DNA of 64,000 nt from Pelagomonas calceolata (Eukaryota): NCBI GenBank assembly GCA_918797485.1, contig CAKKNE010000001.1:2728001-2792000 (forward strand). Direction: 5' to 3'. Position numbers and translations under genes: made by a program. The notes beneath the pieces were generated by a model. That model saw nothing but the letters and a program-made list of their open reading frames with translations. It was not told where the DNA came from and ran no database searches. Shown here one piece after another: positions 24,372 through 36,894 of this stretch. How positions within the stretch are numbered: the stretch's first letter is position 1; every line of letters starts with the position of its first letter.

Positions 24372-25175
24372 TCTTTTGCCTCCGCAAACACCGCACGCGT
24401 TGTGCCGCGCAGACGTGTAAGATACACGCGTAAGTAAGGGCATACTGCGGTAAGTAGTGAGCCTGAGAGGTTACCAGAAACCAGTACAATGACAGCAGAG
24501 TAATTAATTGGGGGATCTTTGTTCTTTGCTCAGTTGTAGCCCATACATAAGGCGTGGCCTGGCTTGACTTGAAGGCCGGCCACTTTGGAAGAGCTAGAAG
24601 GTCACGGTCACGGCCCGGGTTAGCCTCAGGCTCCGAGTCAGGCTGAGGAGCCAGCTTGAGCCCGGGCCAGAACTTGAACAGTTACCGTGACCCGAATGGT
24701 ACTGTGCTACTGGCCTCTAGGCTCCCCTCGAGATTGTGACCGGCCACTGAACCTTCCGAGTCAGCGATATTAGCTTTGGTATGTGCGTGCTTGAATCTAA
24801 TGAGCTGGGTGCAGCAACTTGAAGTGCACAATGCAGCTGTTGTAGCTAGGTCTCTCGGGTGTCAATGTGACACGGAGATACCAACAGGAAGGACTCTCAC
24901 TGAAACGTGAGAGTGTCACGGTGGGAACCCCCTCAACTCTGATAAGACAGAATTAGGGGACACCCCCCGTCTCCCTCCCGGCCCTCCCTTTTTGGTGGCG
25001 GGGCTCTTAGGCCTCCCTTTTTGGTTTCGCCCTTTGGGCGACAACAGAGCAAAAGAATAAAATCCCAACTACTAGTCTGTTGCTATTCCACTATTCCACT
25101 ATTCCACATGCTACTAGACCCTACCAGCTGTAGGACTAGGTAGCATGCTACTACTCGCCACCATCCTTTCCTGCC

Positions 25176-28100
25176 ATGCATGTTGATGAAGTATGTAGAG
25201 CACTCTGTGCGACGGTTTCGCCAGACTTGACGCAGCGTTGCGACGCCGAGACGTACTTGAATAATTGCAGACAGACAGTTGGATTTCCGCTTTTACTACT
25301 TCAGCTGGTGCTAGCCGCGTCGGTCTGGGACACCTTGAAACACAAAATCTAGCGGTAGGTGCAGGAGCATTGCAGCGTGAGCGCGAATGAGCAGTCGGCT
25401 GTGATTAGATCATCGGCATAGTCCAGCGTGCGCCCCTGGCTTGTATCTAATTCTTGTCGTAAGAGAGCCTCTGCATGTAGGCAGCAATTTACTTCAAAAA
25501 TTTGATTGAAAAAAGTTGGGAGGCGGATCCAAAGGGAGCAAACGAGATTTTGATGGCTGACGGTGACCGAAATGCGATCAAAGCGCACATAGTAAAACTA
25601 TTGTGTGAATGTGGTTCCTTTGAAGATATACGCCAGCAACTATCTCAAGCCCTGTCTCTGATGGCCGCATCCGATTTCCCAGGAAAATGGGAAAGTTTAT
25701 TGCCAGAAATTGTCAAAAACTTGGAGGGAGGTGATAGAGAGACAACCTCTGGGATGCTCTTAGCAGCGAACTCCATTCTCAAGCGATTTCGGTTTACGTA
25801 TAAATCTGATGCGCTATACAGTGAGCTTAAGTATGTCCTAGGAATTCTGGCGGCTCCACTGACAGCTCTCCTCATGCGACTTGGGCAGGCGTTAGATGTA
25901 GCGGATGACGATCAGAAGTGCTGCAAGGAGGTCTTAGAATCACTCAGGCTTGCTTGCCGCATCTTCTACAGTCTGAACTGGCAGGATTTGCCAGAGTTCT
26001 TTGAAGATCACATGGCAGAATGGATGGGCCAGTTTGAGAAATATCTTGGCTACAAAAGCAAAGCGCCACAGAATGAAGGCGATGATGAGTGCATAGTGCG
26101 CCTTCAATCTGCAATTATGGACAATATATCACTTTATGCCCAGAAGTATGAAGAGGAGTTTACCCCTTTTCTCCCACGCTTTGTTTCTGCGACCTGGCAA
26201 CGCCTTATCAAGTTGGGTTTGTTACCTAAGCATGACCGCCTTGCAGCAGCATCTATTCGTTTTCTTGCAGAAGTCGCTAGTAAGCAGATGCATACGACCA
26301 TGTTCATGGAAGGAAACGCACTAAGCCAGGTAATTGAAGCTATTGTACTCCCCAACATGAGTATTCAGGACTCAGATATTGAACTTTTTGAGGATAGCCC
26401 CCTTGAATATATCTCTCGAGACTTCGAAAGTGCAGACGCCGAAACGCGGCGGCGAGGTGCTTGCGATTTAATTGCTGCCTTATGTAAGCATCACAATGCT
26501 ACAACCACGCGTGTCTGTGTTGATTACATTGCTGCTATGCTCCAGAAGTATGCCGAATCACCATCTGAACATTGGCGTAGCAAGGACACCGCACTTCATC
26601 TCGTTATTTCTCTAACAGGTCGTGCCGAGTCCCCAGCGCGCGGTTCGGACAAATTCCCAGACCAAATAAACTTCATGGAAATGTATTCGTTGCACATTGT
26701 GGGGGAAATTGCAGCTCAAGCTAGCTCCCACCCAATCATTCTTGCTGACGCAATCAAATTTGTTTGTACTTTTCGAAATCATATTCCACCCGAAGAACTT
26801 GTTAAGCTTCTTCCGCTGCTTGGTTGGCGTCTTTGTAATACTGAAGTTGTCATTCGAAGCTATGCTGCTGCCTGCATTGAAAGGATTTTAGCAGCCCCTG
26901 GCAAAATTGCCAAGGATCAAATCGAGCCAATGCTCACACAACTTTTCGAGGCCCTCTTGGTAGTCCCTGAAGTTGCGCTTACTGGAAGTCCTTCGTATTC
27001 AGATAGCATGCCATGGGAGAATGAATATGCCATGAAAGCAGTAATGCGCCTCCTAGTAGCCAGCCAAGAAAGTGTGATTCCCATAGTCAAGAGTATCACA
27101 GAAAAACTCTGCAATTCCCTCACGCGAGCATGCGTTAACCCTGGCAATCCAAGATTTATTCACTATCTCTTTGAATCTCTTGCTATTCTAGTGCGGGTTG
27201 CCTGCAAGGCCGACAGCAGTGGTACCTTGACGAATCAATTTGAGCAGACGTTTTTCCCTCAATTCCAAGTAATTCTCCAGATGGACATTGTCGAGTTTGC
27301 TCCTTACGTTTTTCAGATTCTTGCCCTCATTCTCCGGTATAAGCATGCACTTTCAGATGCCTATGCTTCCCTGCTACCTGCACTTCTGCATCCGGCTCTA
27401 TGGGAGCGCTGTGGCAATGTGCCAGCACTATCTGCTCTTCTAGAGGCCTATCTTGCGGTTGGTGCTGATCAACTTGTTGCGAGTAATCAGCTCGAGCCTA
27501 TACTTGGCGTCTTTCAAAAGCTTCTTGCCTCGAAGTTATCTGAGGCTCACGCGTTTGATCTCTTGAAATCAATCATTCTGCATGTTGATTCAATCGTCGT
27601 TGATCGTTATATCATGACCATTCTGCAGTTGCTTCTGACCCGTCTTCAGCAAGATAGAGATCGCTGTGATTTATGTCACAAAACATTGTCTTTTCTTGGC
27701 CTTCTTGCTGGTAAGCACGGCGGGAAAAGCCTCGCAAATAGTATAGAAAATCAGCAAACCGGCCTTCTCGCTAATCTTATCTTACATGTCTTCGCACCTA
27801 AAATTGCACAGTCAGATATTGCAAATCCGTTCGATGCCAAAGCTATTGTTATTGGAGCCACACGAATTCTTTGTGAGGCACCTGACGTTCTTGTTAATCA
27901 GGGCGACCCCGCTTCCTGGAGAGCCCTAGGTGCCATACTCGTAAAGCTTCTCCGTCAGATTCGTGGGCAGTCCTACACCCCGAATGAAAGCTTTGAGTGT
28001 GCAAAAGAGATTCCAGATGGTCCCATGGCCAGCTACGATGCTACTTTTTCCAAGCTGCACTTTGGCTCAAAGAAGGTCGAGGATGCCTTTTCAGACATCC

Positions 28101-28195
28101 ATGACGTTAAAGAGTTTGCTTCATTCCATCTTCATCAACTTGCCACCCAAAGGCCCCATTTCCAACCACTTGTTTCCACAATTCAGGAACAATAA
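25176..28195 (+). CDS. CSE1: Exportin-2 / CSE1, two 5' introns
   Basis: Importin-beta N-terminal motif AAIYFKN, then KRFRFTYKSDALYSELKYVL, FYSLNWQDLPEFFEDHM, DIELFEDSPLEYISRDFE..TRRRGACDL and NPRFIHYLFES. Confidence 0.95.
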
Positions 28196-28755
28196 AGTAG
28201 TATAGGTCGGTATCTCAAGTGTGCGGAAGCGCAGGCAGGGGTTTACATTGCCCAGCGGCAGCATGCATAAGTATAATATTAGTGTGGTGACCCGCCTAAA
28301 TACTACCCCGTCCCGGCCTAGAACTTTGGCGCAACTTCCGAGTGAGTTAGAGGCGCACCTTGAACAGAGCAGGAAGTCCTTGGCACCAGCGGGTGACTCG
28401 GATGATTGAGGGAAGAGGCCAGACCCTGAGTGATCTTAATCACCACGAAGCCACTGGCACCAGGAAAGAAGTCATCCGACAGCCGCTCTCGCCCCGATTC
28501 GGTTGCTGTGGGCTTAGCAGCGTCGGATATCGTAGAACATCTGCAGCCATCCGTGCCAGAGGTTTGCACGCGCCCACAGCCCCAAAATTTATGGAGATAA
28601 CCCTGTCGCCGAAAAACGGGAGACCATCGAATCTGGTACACGAAGTTGACCAGAGCTCCACTCGGTCGTGACCGGGGCAGCGGCGATGCGGGCTTAACGC
28701 GCGATGCGCCGCTTGGTGCATACTACCTGAGTCTAACTAGTCTACTACTTGTAGT

Positions 28756-29135
28756 CTAGGTTGGCATTAACTGGTTAATAACCGGTAATTTACCCATTAT
28801 CACTCCTCGGAGGGGATCTGGGGTAAATAATCCGGTAAATAACCCGACGGGTTTTCGACTAAACCCGTTTAGTGCGATTAGCGAAAGACCCCTCCGGGCG
28901 AGCGGATGGGCGCAAGCAGCCCGTTGAGCTTTTGGATACGTACAGGTGCGCCAAGGCAAGTACCGAGTCATGTGGCCCGGCGCGGCCCAGGCCCGCGCCA
29001 GTGGCCCGTGAGGCCCCCTCCCCTACCCCTCTATAAGATCTTGAGGTAAATAACCCGCACTAAGCCGCAATTACCCGGGTTATTAACCCCGGGCGGCGCC
29101 AGGGGGAATAACCCCTCAGGTAAATGCCAACCTAG
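28756..29135. mobile_element. hAT-like MITE (380 bp)
   Basis: TIR CTAGGTTGGCATT / AATGCCAACCTAG. Flanking 8-bp TSD is CTTGTAGT (28748-28755) vs CTTGCAGT (29136-29143). Internal subterminal GGTAAATAACCCG-type repeats are present, with a related fragment at 21663-21713. Confidence 0.8.
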
Positions 29136-29205
29136 CTTGCAGTAGTATAAGTCTAGTCTCCAACTTAGTCTCCACTATCCTATGGCGTCCCGATTGCAAA
29201 TTGAT

Positions 29206-32171
29206 TTATGCTACGAGAAAAGTCTCCTGGAGTCCGGTTTGAACAGAGTCTCTGGATAACGAAGCTGTGATCGCATCAAGATGTGGTAAAAAAATGGATG
29301 CCGAAGGAAATTTTTTCAGAAGCATATTAGTGCGAATAAATACACCAACTGCAGCGGACGTTGACACATAGCAACCATGGAAAATGATTGTGCAAGCACC
29401 TGCTTTGTTTAGCCCATAGCGAAAGACAGGGATAGCACCATGATCTGGAAAATTAAATCCTTGGTCAATAGAGGTAGTTGTTGGCCCCTTGATGTCCATT
29501 TCGATAAGTCCATTTTCAGTTGGGATGTAAAAGAATGTAAGTTCATCTATGCCATGTACTGAGGCAGAACGAAATAAATGATGCAGGTGCGCTACGGTGT
29601 AGTCGCAGAGAATGGCAAATTTAATTATTGCGCCACAAGGTACTGATTTGATGAGAACCTCTGCACTATCATGTCGAATGCGTCTATCATGGTCCAAGGC
29701 CGCTCGGGTGGTAAGGTCGGTATGCATCATTCGTAGAGCATGCTCAGCGCATTTGTGCGTGGCATCGCCTGGCGTATAAGAGTAGTCGTTGAGCTTCAAT
29801 CCCTCCGGAAGCTCGAAACAAAATGGACAGCCATGCTGACCACTGAGGCAAATTTGACAAGGGGATTCAACCTTAACTTGATGTTGAAATCGGATTGATG
29901 ATTGGGATTTATTCAAAACTCGCAGTTGTTCCTGTGAGTTTAGAACATACCCAATATATGCTGGGCAAGTCATCATAGAATCATTAAAGACACTTTTTTG
30001 TGCCACAAAACTACCCCAAATCGCCGGATGAACAATTTCAGAACGATCATACTTATGTGCAAAAGCAGGGTGGCACTGACGAACTCGGCCTCGATAAAAT
30101 GGCGGGGAATGGAATGCACGCCATGCTTTCTGATGATAGACTTGATTTCGTAGTTTTAGATTCACTATCACAAAGTGCAACTCAGTGGCATTTAAAGGAC
30201 TTCGTGTGCATATTGGAGCCCAAATGAGGTCACAGAATACAGGGTGTTTTACATTAAGGCGCATATCTGGTTGAAGTGACTGACGCACAAATCTTCGCCC
30301 AGAAAACGAGGGATGTGGTAAGCTCTGTCTCTCAAGGAATGCGGACAGGGGGCTTTCCGAGTACTTGCCGGCTGGGGGACTTTCTGAGTTCTTTCCTTGG
30401 AGTATGCCTGGACTGTGTTTTGTTCCGCATTCCACCGTCATATCTGTCATTTGTCTCGTGCGCAATACTCTGCGACGTATCCGTCGTGAGTCTGCCTTAC
30501 CACCAGTGCAACGACTTTCCTTCGCCTGAGATGCTGAGTTAGATGTGTATCTGACCTGGCGTAGATTCCCGTCACAGTCACGGTAGCAACACGCTTTCAT
30601 ACGCTTCCTTTGGCGTCGTCTGATGATATGATTGATTTCACGGCGAGCCTCAAGCTCCAGTTTTAGTTTTGCTCGACGCTGCAGCACTGCACGTTCTTCG
30701 GCCAGCGCTCTAAGCTCAGCTTTGCTCCTGAATCGAATCCTTATACGATCTCGTAATTTATTGAGAGCGTCCTCGTCACCAAGATGAGTTACAAACAATC
30801 TTCTGAATTCATCAAATTCTATCCACCTACATCAGCCTTGTTGTGCTTACGGACTGACTTGGCCACTAACGCATTGTCATTTCCGTCGAATTCCTGGAGT
30901 AGCTCTGATGTGAAGGTGCGCACCTGGTCGCTGCCTAGATTTTTGTTTTTGCCTTGTAATAAAGGGTAAGATGACACGGATGCCATACTCTGAAAGCCCA
31001 ACCGGAGTGAAAGCAGGCTTCGCGCCTAACAAGCAATTGATTCCCCTGCAGTTTTGTTCATTCACCTTGCTATCTATTGAGTAGCTATGAGCTTTGAATG
31101 GCGTGTTGCCAAAGCCAAGATGGCGATGCAGCGATGTGTTGCACCTATACTCTCAAATTAATCATTTCATTACATGTGGACTGTGAGTGTGCGCGTGGGG
31201 CCATCCATCATCAGAAGTCGGAAAGGTGAACGTTCGCTCCGGATGCTCAATGTACCTGCGCAACTCAAATTATACTCGTCTTGTAGGATTGAAGCCATGC
31301 GTCAACCTATAAGTTCGTTGGCTGATACAGCAGATTCCAGCTTAAAATGCTGCGGGGCTGCAACAAATAGCGCATCTCCAAGTGCGTCAACAACATCTGA
31401 CGCAAAAGCATAAGCCCGCATGTTCAGTTTGGCCTGGACTTTGGATGGCAAAACTAAAAGGTGTCTGAGAACGCGGGATACGCACAGTCACAACAATAAG
31501 CTGTCGTTTTTGTGAAGATGATTCCGATATCTGTCCAAAACGCGGACTTGATAGGTTGATCCATGCATTAAGCTTGGACCAGAGGCTTGACCATCGTCCA
31601 TGTAGTGTCGCTTCTGGACCACTTGCAGGTGATTTTTTATGGGCATGCTTCTTGCGCGACGTGTCGATTTCCAGATCAAATGTATAAGCAAAATCATGTG
31701 CAATAATGAATGGTTCGTAGAACCTATCAAGGTTGTCAATGTCACGTAAGACTAAGAACTTCGCCGGCATGAGAACTCCAGGGTTATATGTGCTTCTGGG
31801 AGAAGCGCGCGCCATGCCTTCCTCAATGTATGTGCTCCGCCAGGTGGAAGCAGTGCTCCATTTACTGATGCGAGTGCAAGACCAACAACAACATCATCAT
31901 CATCAAATGCTGGGGAACCGGGTTCGATCGTGCCAATCACAACCTAAAATCGCTTTCCCTCATGCGAGTAGCAAAGAAATAATGCGCTAAAAAGGACACT
32001 ACCATTGGCTCCATCAACCCACGTGATACCAATGTCAGCTGTTTTGAAAACAACAACGAACGTATGTTGGATATCACCTCCTGCTAAATAACGTTCAAGC
32101 TCGCGCTTGCTTACCTGTTTGCCACGTAATCTGAGAATCATGGGCGAGCCCTCTAACCTTCCCGGATGCAT
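29206..32171 (-). CDS. Hypothetical multi-exon protein with a possible N-terminal PDZ-like segment
   Basis: Chain of minus-strand ORFs ending in a 530-aa exon. The N-terminal VVFKTADIGITW...IGTIEPGSPA...VGLALASVNG resembles PDZ. Exon joins were not fully resolved. Confidence 0.5.
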
Positions 32172-32362
32172 CAACGTCTATTTCCTGAAAGCTGTCAAAG
32201 ATCTCATCGATTGAGACCTATGACCGTGGTCCTCGACGATAGCTAAAAATAGACCACCTGGTGCTGTGGCCCCTCAGCGGACATAACACGAATCTCGACA
32301 AAAGATATGTTGAGTCTGTGCATATATGTATCTAAATTGCACGTGGGCTTCTGATTGCGTAC

Positions 32363-33906
32363 ATGCAAAAGCTCATAAACGTAGAGGTCACTCTGCATAA
32401 CTAGATCAGGTTCACAACTATTATCTTTAGGCGCAACGAGTGATTGCGGCTCTTGAAGATACTCTGGAGCGGCTCTCGCTTCTCTCGTGCATACCAGCAG
32501 CTCCCGATCCCTCCTTTTTGAGCCAGATTGACGACCTCGGACTGACGGACACGGTAAAACAGTTGTGGCAAATCGAGGAAAGTCTTCGGCTGACGGTATC
32601 AGACCATTACAGCGAAGCAATTGATGATGACCCGGGGTCTGATAATATTTTGGGTCGCCTAAACACCACCACCCATAAGTTATGCCGGTATCTCAAAGTC
32701 AGGGAGAACTCGCGTTGGTCGCCGACTCCGCCCTCGAAAGAAAATTGTTCCTTACTCAGTTTTCAACAGTCAAAATGCACTGAGCAGAGTTTTTGGCAAT
32801 CAATCCAACAAGATTAATAGGTATCTAGCTAATTTTACAGAAATAGCATCCCGCCAACTCTCGACAACGGTACGGAGCCCGAGGGGTTACAGGACTCAGC
32901 TGTATCCTTCTCAGGTGGAAGAAAACGCAGCAGATAAACAAATGTGGTGAAATGACCGATCGTTGGGCCATTAGGCATTGTATAGTTGGGTCTTAGGCAA
33001 GAACTCACTCAAAAGGAGCTTATTCTAACGCAAGGTGCAAAAGTGCTATCGTCAGCGCCAGTTACCGCCTCTCTCACTGCGTGCATTTCAGAGATAGGCC
33101 TTGCAACAAAAATTAGAGATACAGAGGAGAGAGCAGGACAAAGAGGTTTTAGCACATCAGCAGACATTATTGAAGATTCGTGCCGAGTTACAGGACATGG
33201 TACAACACAATGAGACAAAGATGGCTATGGTTAATTCACGGATGGAAGATCAAATTACTAGGTCTGTACTAGCGTGATTCACTCGAGACTTACAAGAGTA
33301 TCTTCAGGTCTGCGGAACGTCACGCTGGATCCTATGAGCAACTGGCAGCAAAAATTGGGTCACTCGAGTCACAAATCGAAGCTGAACATCAATCCTATCG
33401 AGACACTGAGGTAGCAGATACTAATGTTTTCTTACGCATCGGTGTGCAACAGGCAAATTTTCGCAAGAAGAAAGAAAGAGTGGAAGTTGACCTGGCTGCA
33501 CACGTAAGCTCAATTATCACCTACAGGCTTATGCTTGAATGTAGATTGCCAAATATGATGAGGATATGTGTTCCCTGCTGAATCAGACCAAAAAAATAGA
33601 GAACGAAAAAAACCTTGAACGCGACCAACTAATTGAATTAGAAACTCATTTTTTAAAGATAGATACTAATCATAAGTTTCAAAGCGAAGAGATCGCAGTG
33701 CTTTCGACCCTCCAACAGCGCCGCTTCTTTGCCAAGGGGAAACTCCATGGCACAATTACGAATATTCAAAGAGTAGTAATCCTCTGAGCAGCGTTCATTT
33801 TCTCATGAGGCCCTTGATTGGCACATTAATATATAAGGCCCGTGGCGAGCAAGCAAGGACATTCACACAACAGCTTAGAAATAAAAAGAGTAAAAAAGGG
33901 AAATAA
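32363..33906 (+). CDS. DRC10: Dynein regulatory complex subunit 10 (IQCD/DRC10), many short introns
   Basis: Spliced start MQKLINVE|AQRVIAALEDTLERLSLLS. Near the C-terminus are FRKKKERVE...IAKYDEDM, the IQ motif IQRV|ARGEQAR and a KKSKKGK tail. Confidence 0.8.
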
Positions 33907-34685
33907 GAAGAGCAAAAAGGTTAGATTCAGAGTCTTCAGCCGCAATATTCATACCTTGTGAGTCTAGGTCCCAGACCATGACAGGGAATCTTATTGAGAA
34001 ATTCGTGTGTTTGCATTGCAACACGTGCTGCTCGAGCTCAGCTAATTAAACTATTTGATGAGATCGATCCGGGCCGGGTGTTTTTCTCCAAGGAAAACCC
34101 TAGACGACCCACCCTAAGGTGAATTTATGATCTATTGTAGACTCGAAGATCTATTGCGAGCTTCAAGTTCAAGTTCCCGAAACCAGGGTGTGATCGCCTA
34201 CTTGATCGCCTAATCCCGAAACCAGGCTACCGTGACTTCATCAGCCTGAGATTAGAGAAGCCTCCGGCCTAATTTGAACCTCGCGCGGTGATACTTATTG
34301 CTCTTCTCTCTTCGGCAACGTCCAAATTCCAACGCCTTCAAGTCGTGCCACCTTTTTGACCGTGACTAATTGAAACTTGAATTCCAAATTCGAGTCTTCA
34401 CCTACCGTGGCAGCTGGGCCGGTCTCAGGCTGTCTAGTGCGCTAGCATTCAAGTTCCAAGGGCCCGAGTGACGGCGAGTCGTCCGGAGCCTGAGTCCCCC
34501 CGGGTGCGAATGTACTTGGGCTGGTCCAATGAGCCCGCGATCATCGTAAAAAGCGCACTAGCCGGGGGGGGGGGGGAACTACCGTAACAGGTACTCAACA
34601 CTGGCACGGTACTCAACTGTTAGGCCCCGCGGCCCCCGCCCCTCAGGCTTGCCGTAAATTTTCAAGTTTTTCGAATAAGGAAATA

Positions 34686-34961
34686 GACCCATTCTCCATG
34701 AGTCCTAATTAAGATGAATTGCCCTGCGAATCTTAATACTGCGTGGAGACTTCGAAATTCACAGGGGGGTCAAGCGAATCATCATCATCATCATGATAGT
34801 CGACGTTGATTTTCAAGTTGATTTGGCGCGCAATGAGCGTCACGGTAATGCCACGCGCCGACCGAATGGCGGGAAACTTTTGCTGAGGCGCAGGTTCCGT
34901 ATGCTAAAATAATGGGCTGTGCAAAGTTTGGTACCATGCGGGCAGCCTGAGCGACGCGGTG
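34686..34961 (+). repeat. Dispersed repeat R3, copy 1 (inverted copy 56672-56935; partial copy about 58815-59000)
   Basis: About 270 bp of colinear similarity, e.g. ATGAGTCCTAATTAAGAT, GGAGACTTCGAA and GGCGGGAAACTT.TGCTGAGGCGCAGGTTCC. Confidence 0.9.
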
Positions 34962-35393
34962 ATGCCGCATGATGCCAGTGGTCCGAGCCTGAGATAAAAA
35001 CCTGCCCCAAAACCCACTGGCAAACTGGAAAATCGCCCGCCGAGCCTGAGACGTATAAATTGAGCCATAATTACGGAAAATTTTCCTAGCGTTCCATATC
35101 AGTGTATGTTGGTTTTTTTCGCCTTGTAGATCATATCCAGGAGCATCTCAAGATTTGTTGAATCGCCGGTCGATTTTAGCGTGGCCCGGGCGCGCAGCGG
35201 ATATCGTCGTCGCGGCTCCTCAGCGCGGACCTTACTAGGCGCCCCCCCCCTCGGAAGAAGTCTGAGCAGCTTTGTTTTTACATAATTTTAATCCATTCCT
35301 GATGCGCTGGGAGCCCACGGAGAAAGTAGCCCAGTGGAGTCTCCCTTCATTCGGTAATAACGTGGTACACGTAACAATACAACAGGATTGATT

Positions 35394-36894
35394 ATGAACG
35401 CAACGAATTTGCAGCCTTCATTACTCGATAAGCGTTCTGCCATTGCCAGTGGTATTCAAGCGCAAGCAAGACGTTGGCTAGCCGGGGGCTCCAAACGGTA
35501 CCTCCGTGCACGAGAAGAAATATGCAAAACTAATTTTGGCATGCTGACGCGCCAGACCATGTTAAGAGTACGAATCAAGATATTTAAGTCTATCGCGAGG
35601 AAAGCCATACATCGATTGGCAGCCCTCAGGGCTGAAGAAGTCTCCAAAATCAGCAGCAATGCGGCCATGAAAGCGATTGACTTTGCTAACAAGACGCTTA
35701 AAGTCACAAAAAGTAGATACGCAGAATTCCTTCGAGTAGAGGCGGGCGCACAATGGATTTCTGACTACCTTTGCGAGCGGATGTCCAAACCGATCTCGAC
35801 TCACATGCGGAAGCTCCTCGCACTCAAACAGAGTGACCAAAATCACAAAATATGTACTCGCCAGTGCCTTGTTTTTTTCGCATAAATAGCAGTGCTTTTC
35901 TTAAGGTCCAACATTACGGGCTGTGCGTGGCCAATCCGGCATGGTTTGTGAGAACTGTGGAGCAGTGGGCGTATTCCAGTTTAGTTGTCTTCCCTGCAAT
36001 GGTTACATAGATGCACCCTCAGGAAAAGTGAATTCGCTTCGATTGCAATGCGCTAGCGCTCTACGCGTCGAAACAATAGGTAGTTCTTTCAAAGCCCCCC
36101 CCCAGGGTGAGCCCCATGCACCTAGATCTCAGGGAGAAGCAAACTTGCACGCAGTTCTCCACAATGCTATTGAGATACTCAGGAGGAGGCTTAAGACTGT
36201 AGTTCCTGAATTCGCTTCATCCATTCTTGCACTTATCAAAACCAAAGGATCTTGGCTTCATTCAAAACGAATATGTGATGACGATCGGATTTACTTCAAG
36301 CAGCGGCTTGAGCAACCTTCATCAGCACGGCGTGCACATCGGCATCGTGGTTTTTTACGTGCCCTTGATGGTGACGTTAAAAACCTCGACAAGGTGACAA
36401 AATGCGGTCTGGCGTACTGCTTTGATCGCTCTTCCGCATGCGACGAACAGCGAGCAAAGGAAGTTTTGCTTAACTATTGCATGGACCCAAGGGCAGGCAA
36501 GCGCAATATTCATAGCCACAAAGGATGGGTTGATATTACCTCCACCTATAAAATGTGGTCAACAACTGGCCTTCATGCTGCAAGGGAAAGTATTCGGCTA
36601 GAACACTGTTTGAAACTACAGGCTAGCTGGAGCAAGTTTCAAGGGAAATCCATGAGGCATCAACGTGAGAGTTGTGCCCATTTCCTGTCAATTATCATGC
36701 GTGAGCTAAAGAATGAAGCTGAACGTGAGTTTTTATGCATCGATAATGCCCAAGATAGCTCTTACCAGAAGCATGTTAAAATGGTGGAGATAGAGAAAGC
36801 ACGCTTTGAAGCGGCTGATCGGATCATGCGATTGCTTGCCGAGTACAGGGCAATAAGTTCATTGGAACAATTCAAATATCTTCATATTTCGTGA
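35394..36894 (+). CDS. Hypothetical protein (IQ-like motif, Cys cluster), at least one intron
   Basis: Two long adjacent plus-strand ORFs (165 and 323 aa) separated by an intron-sized gap. Contains IQAQARRW and CENC motifs. Start uncertain. Confidence 0.55.

Noticed and set aside
24601..24770. Recurrent octamers read as transcription-factor sites or telomere-like repeats
   Set aside because: They cover all dinucleotide classes under one rule, nest inside each other and appear as insertions in repeat copies. That fits a mutational process, not independent motifs or a single telomerase template.
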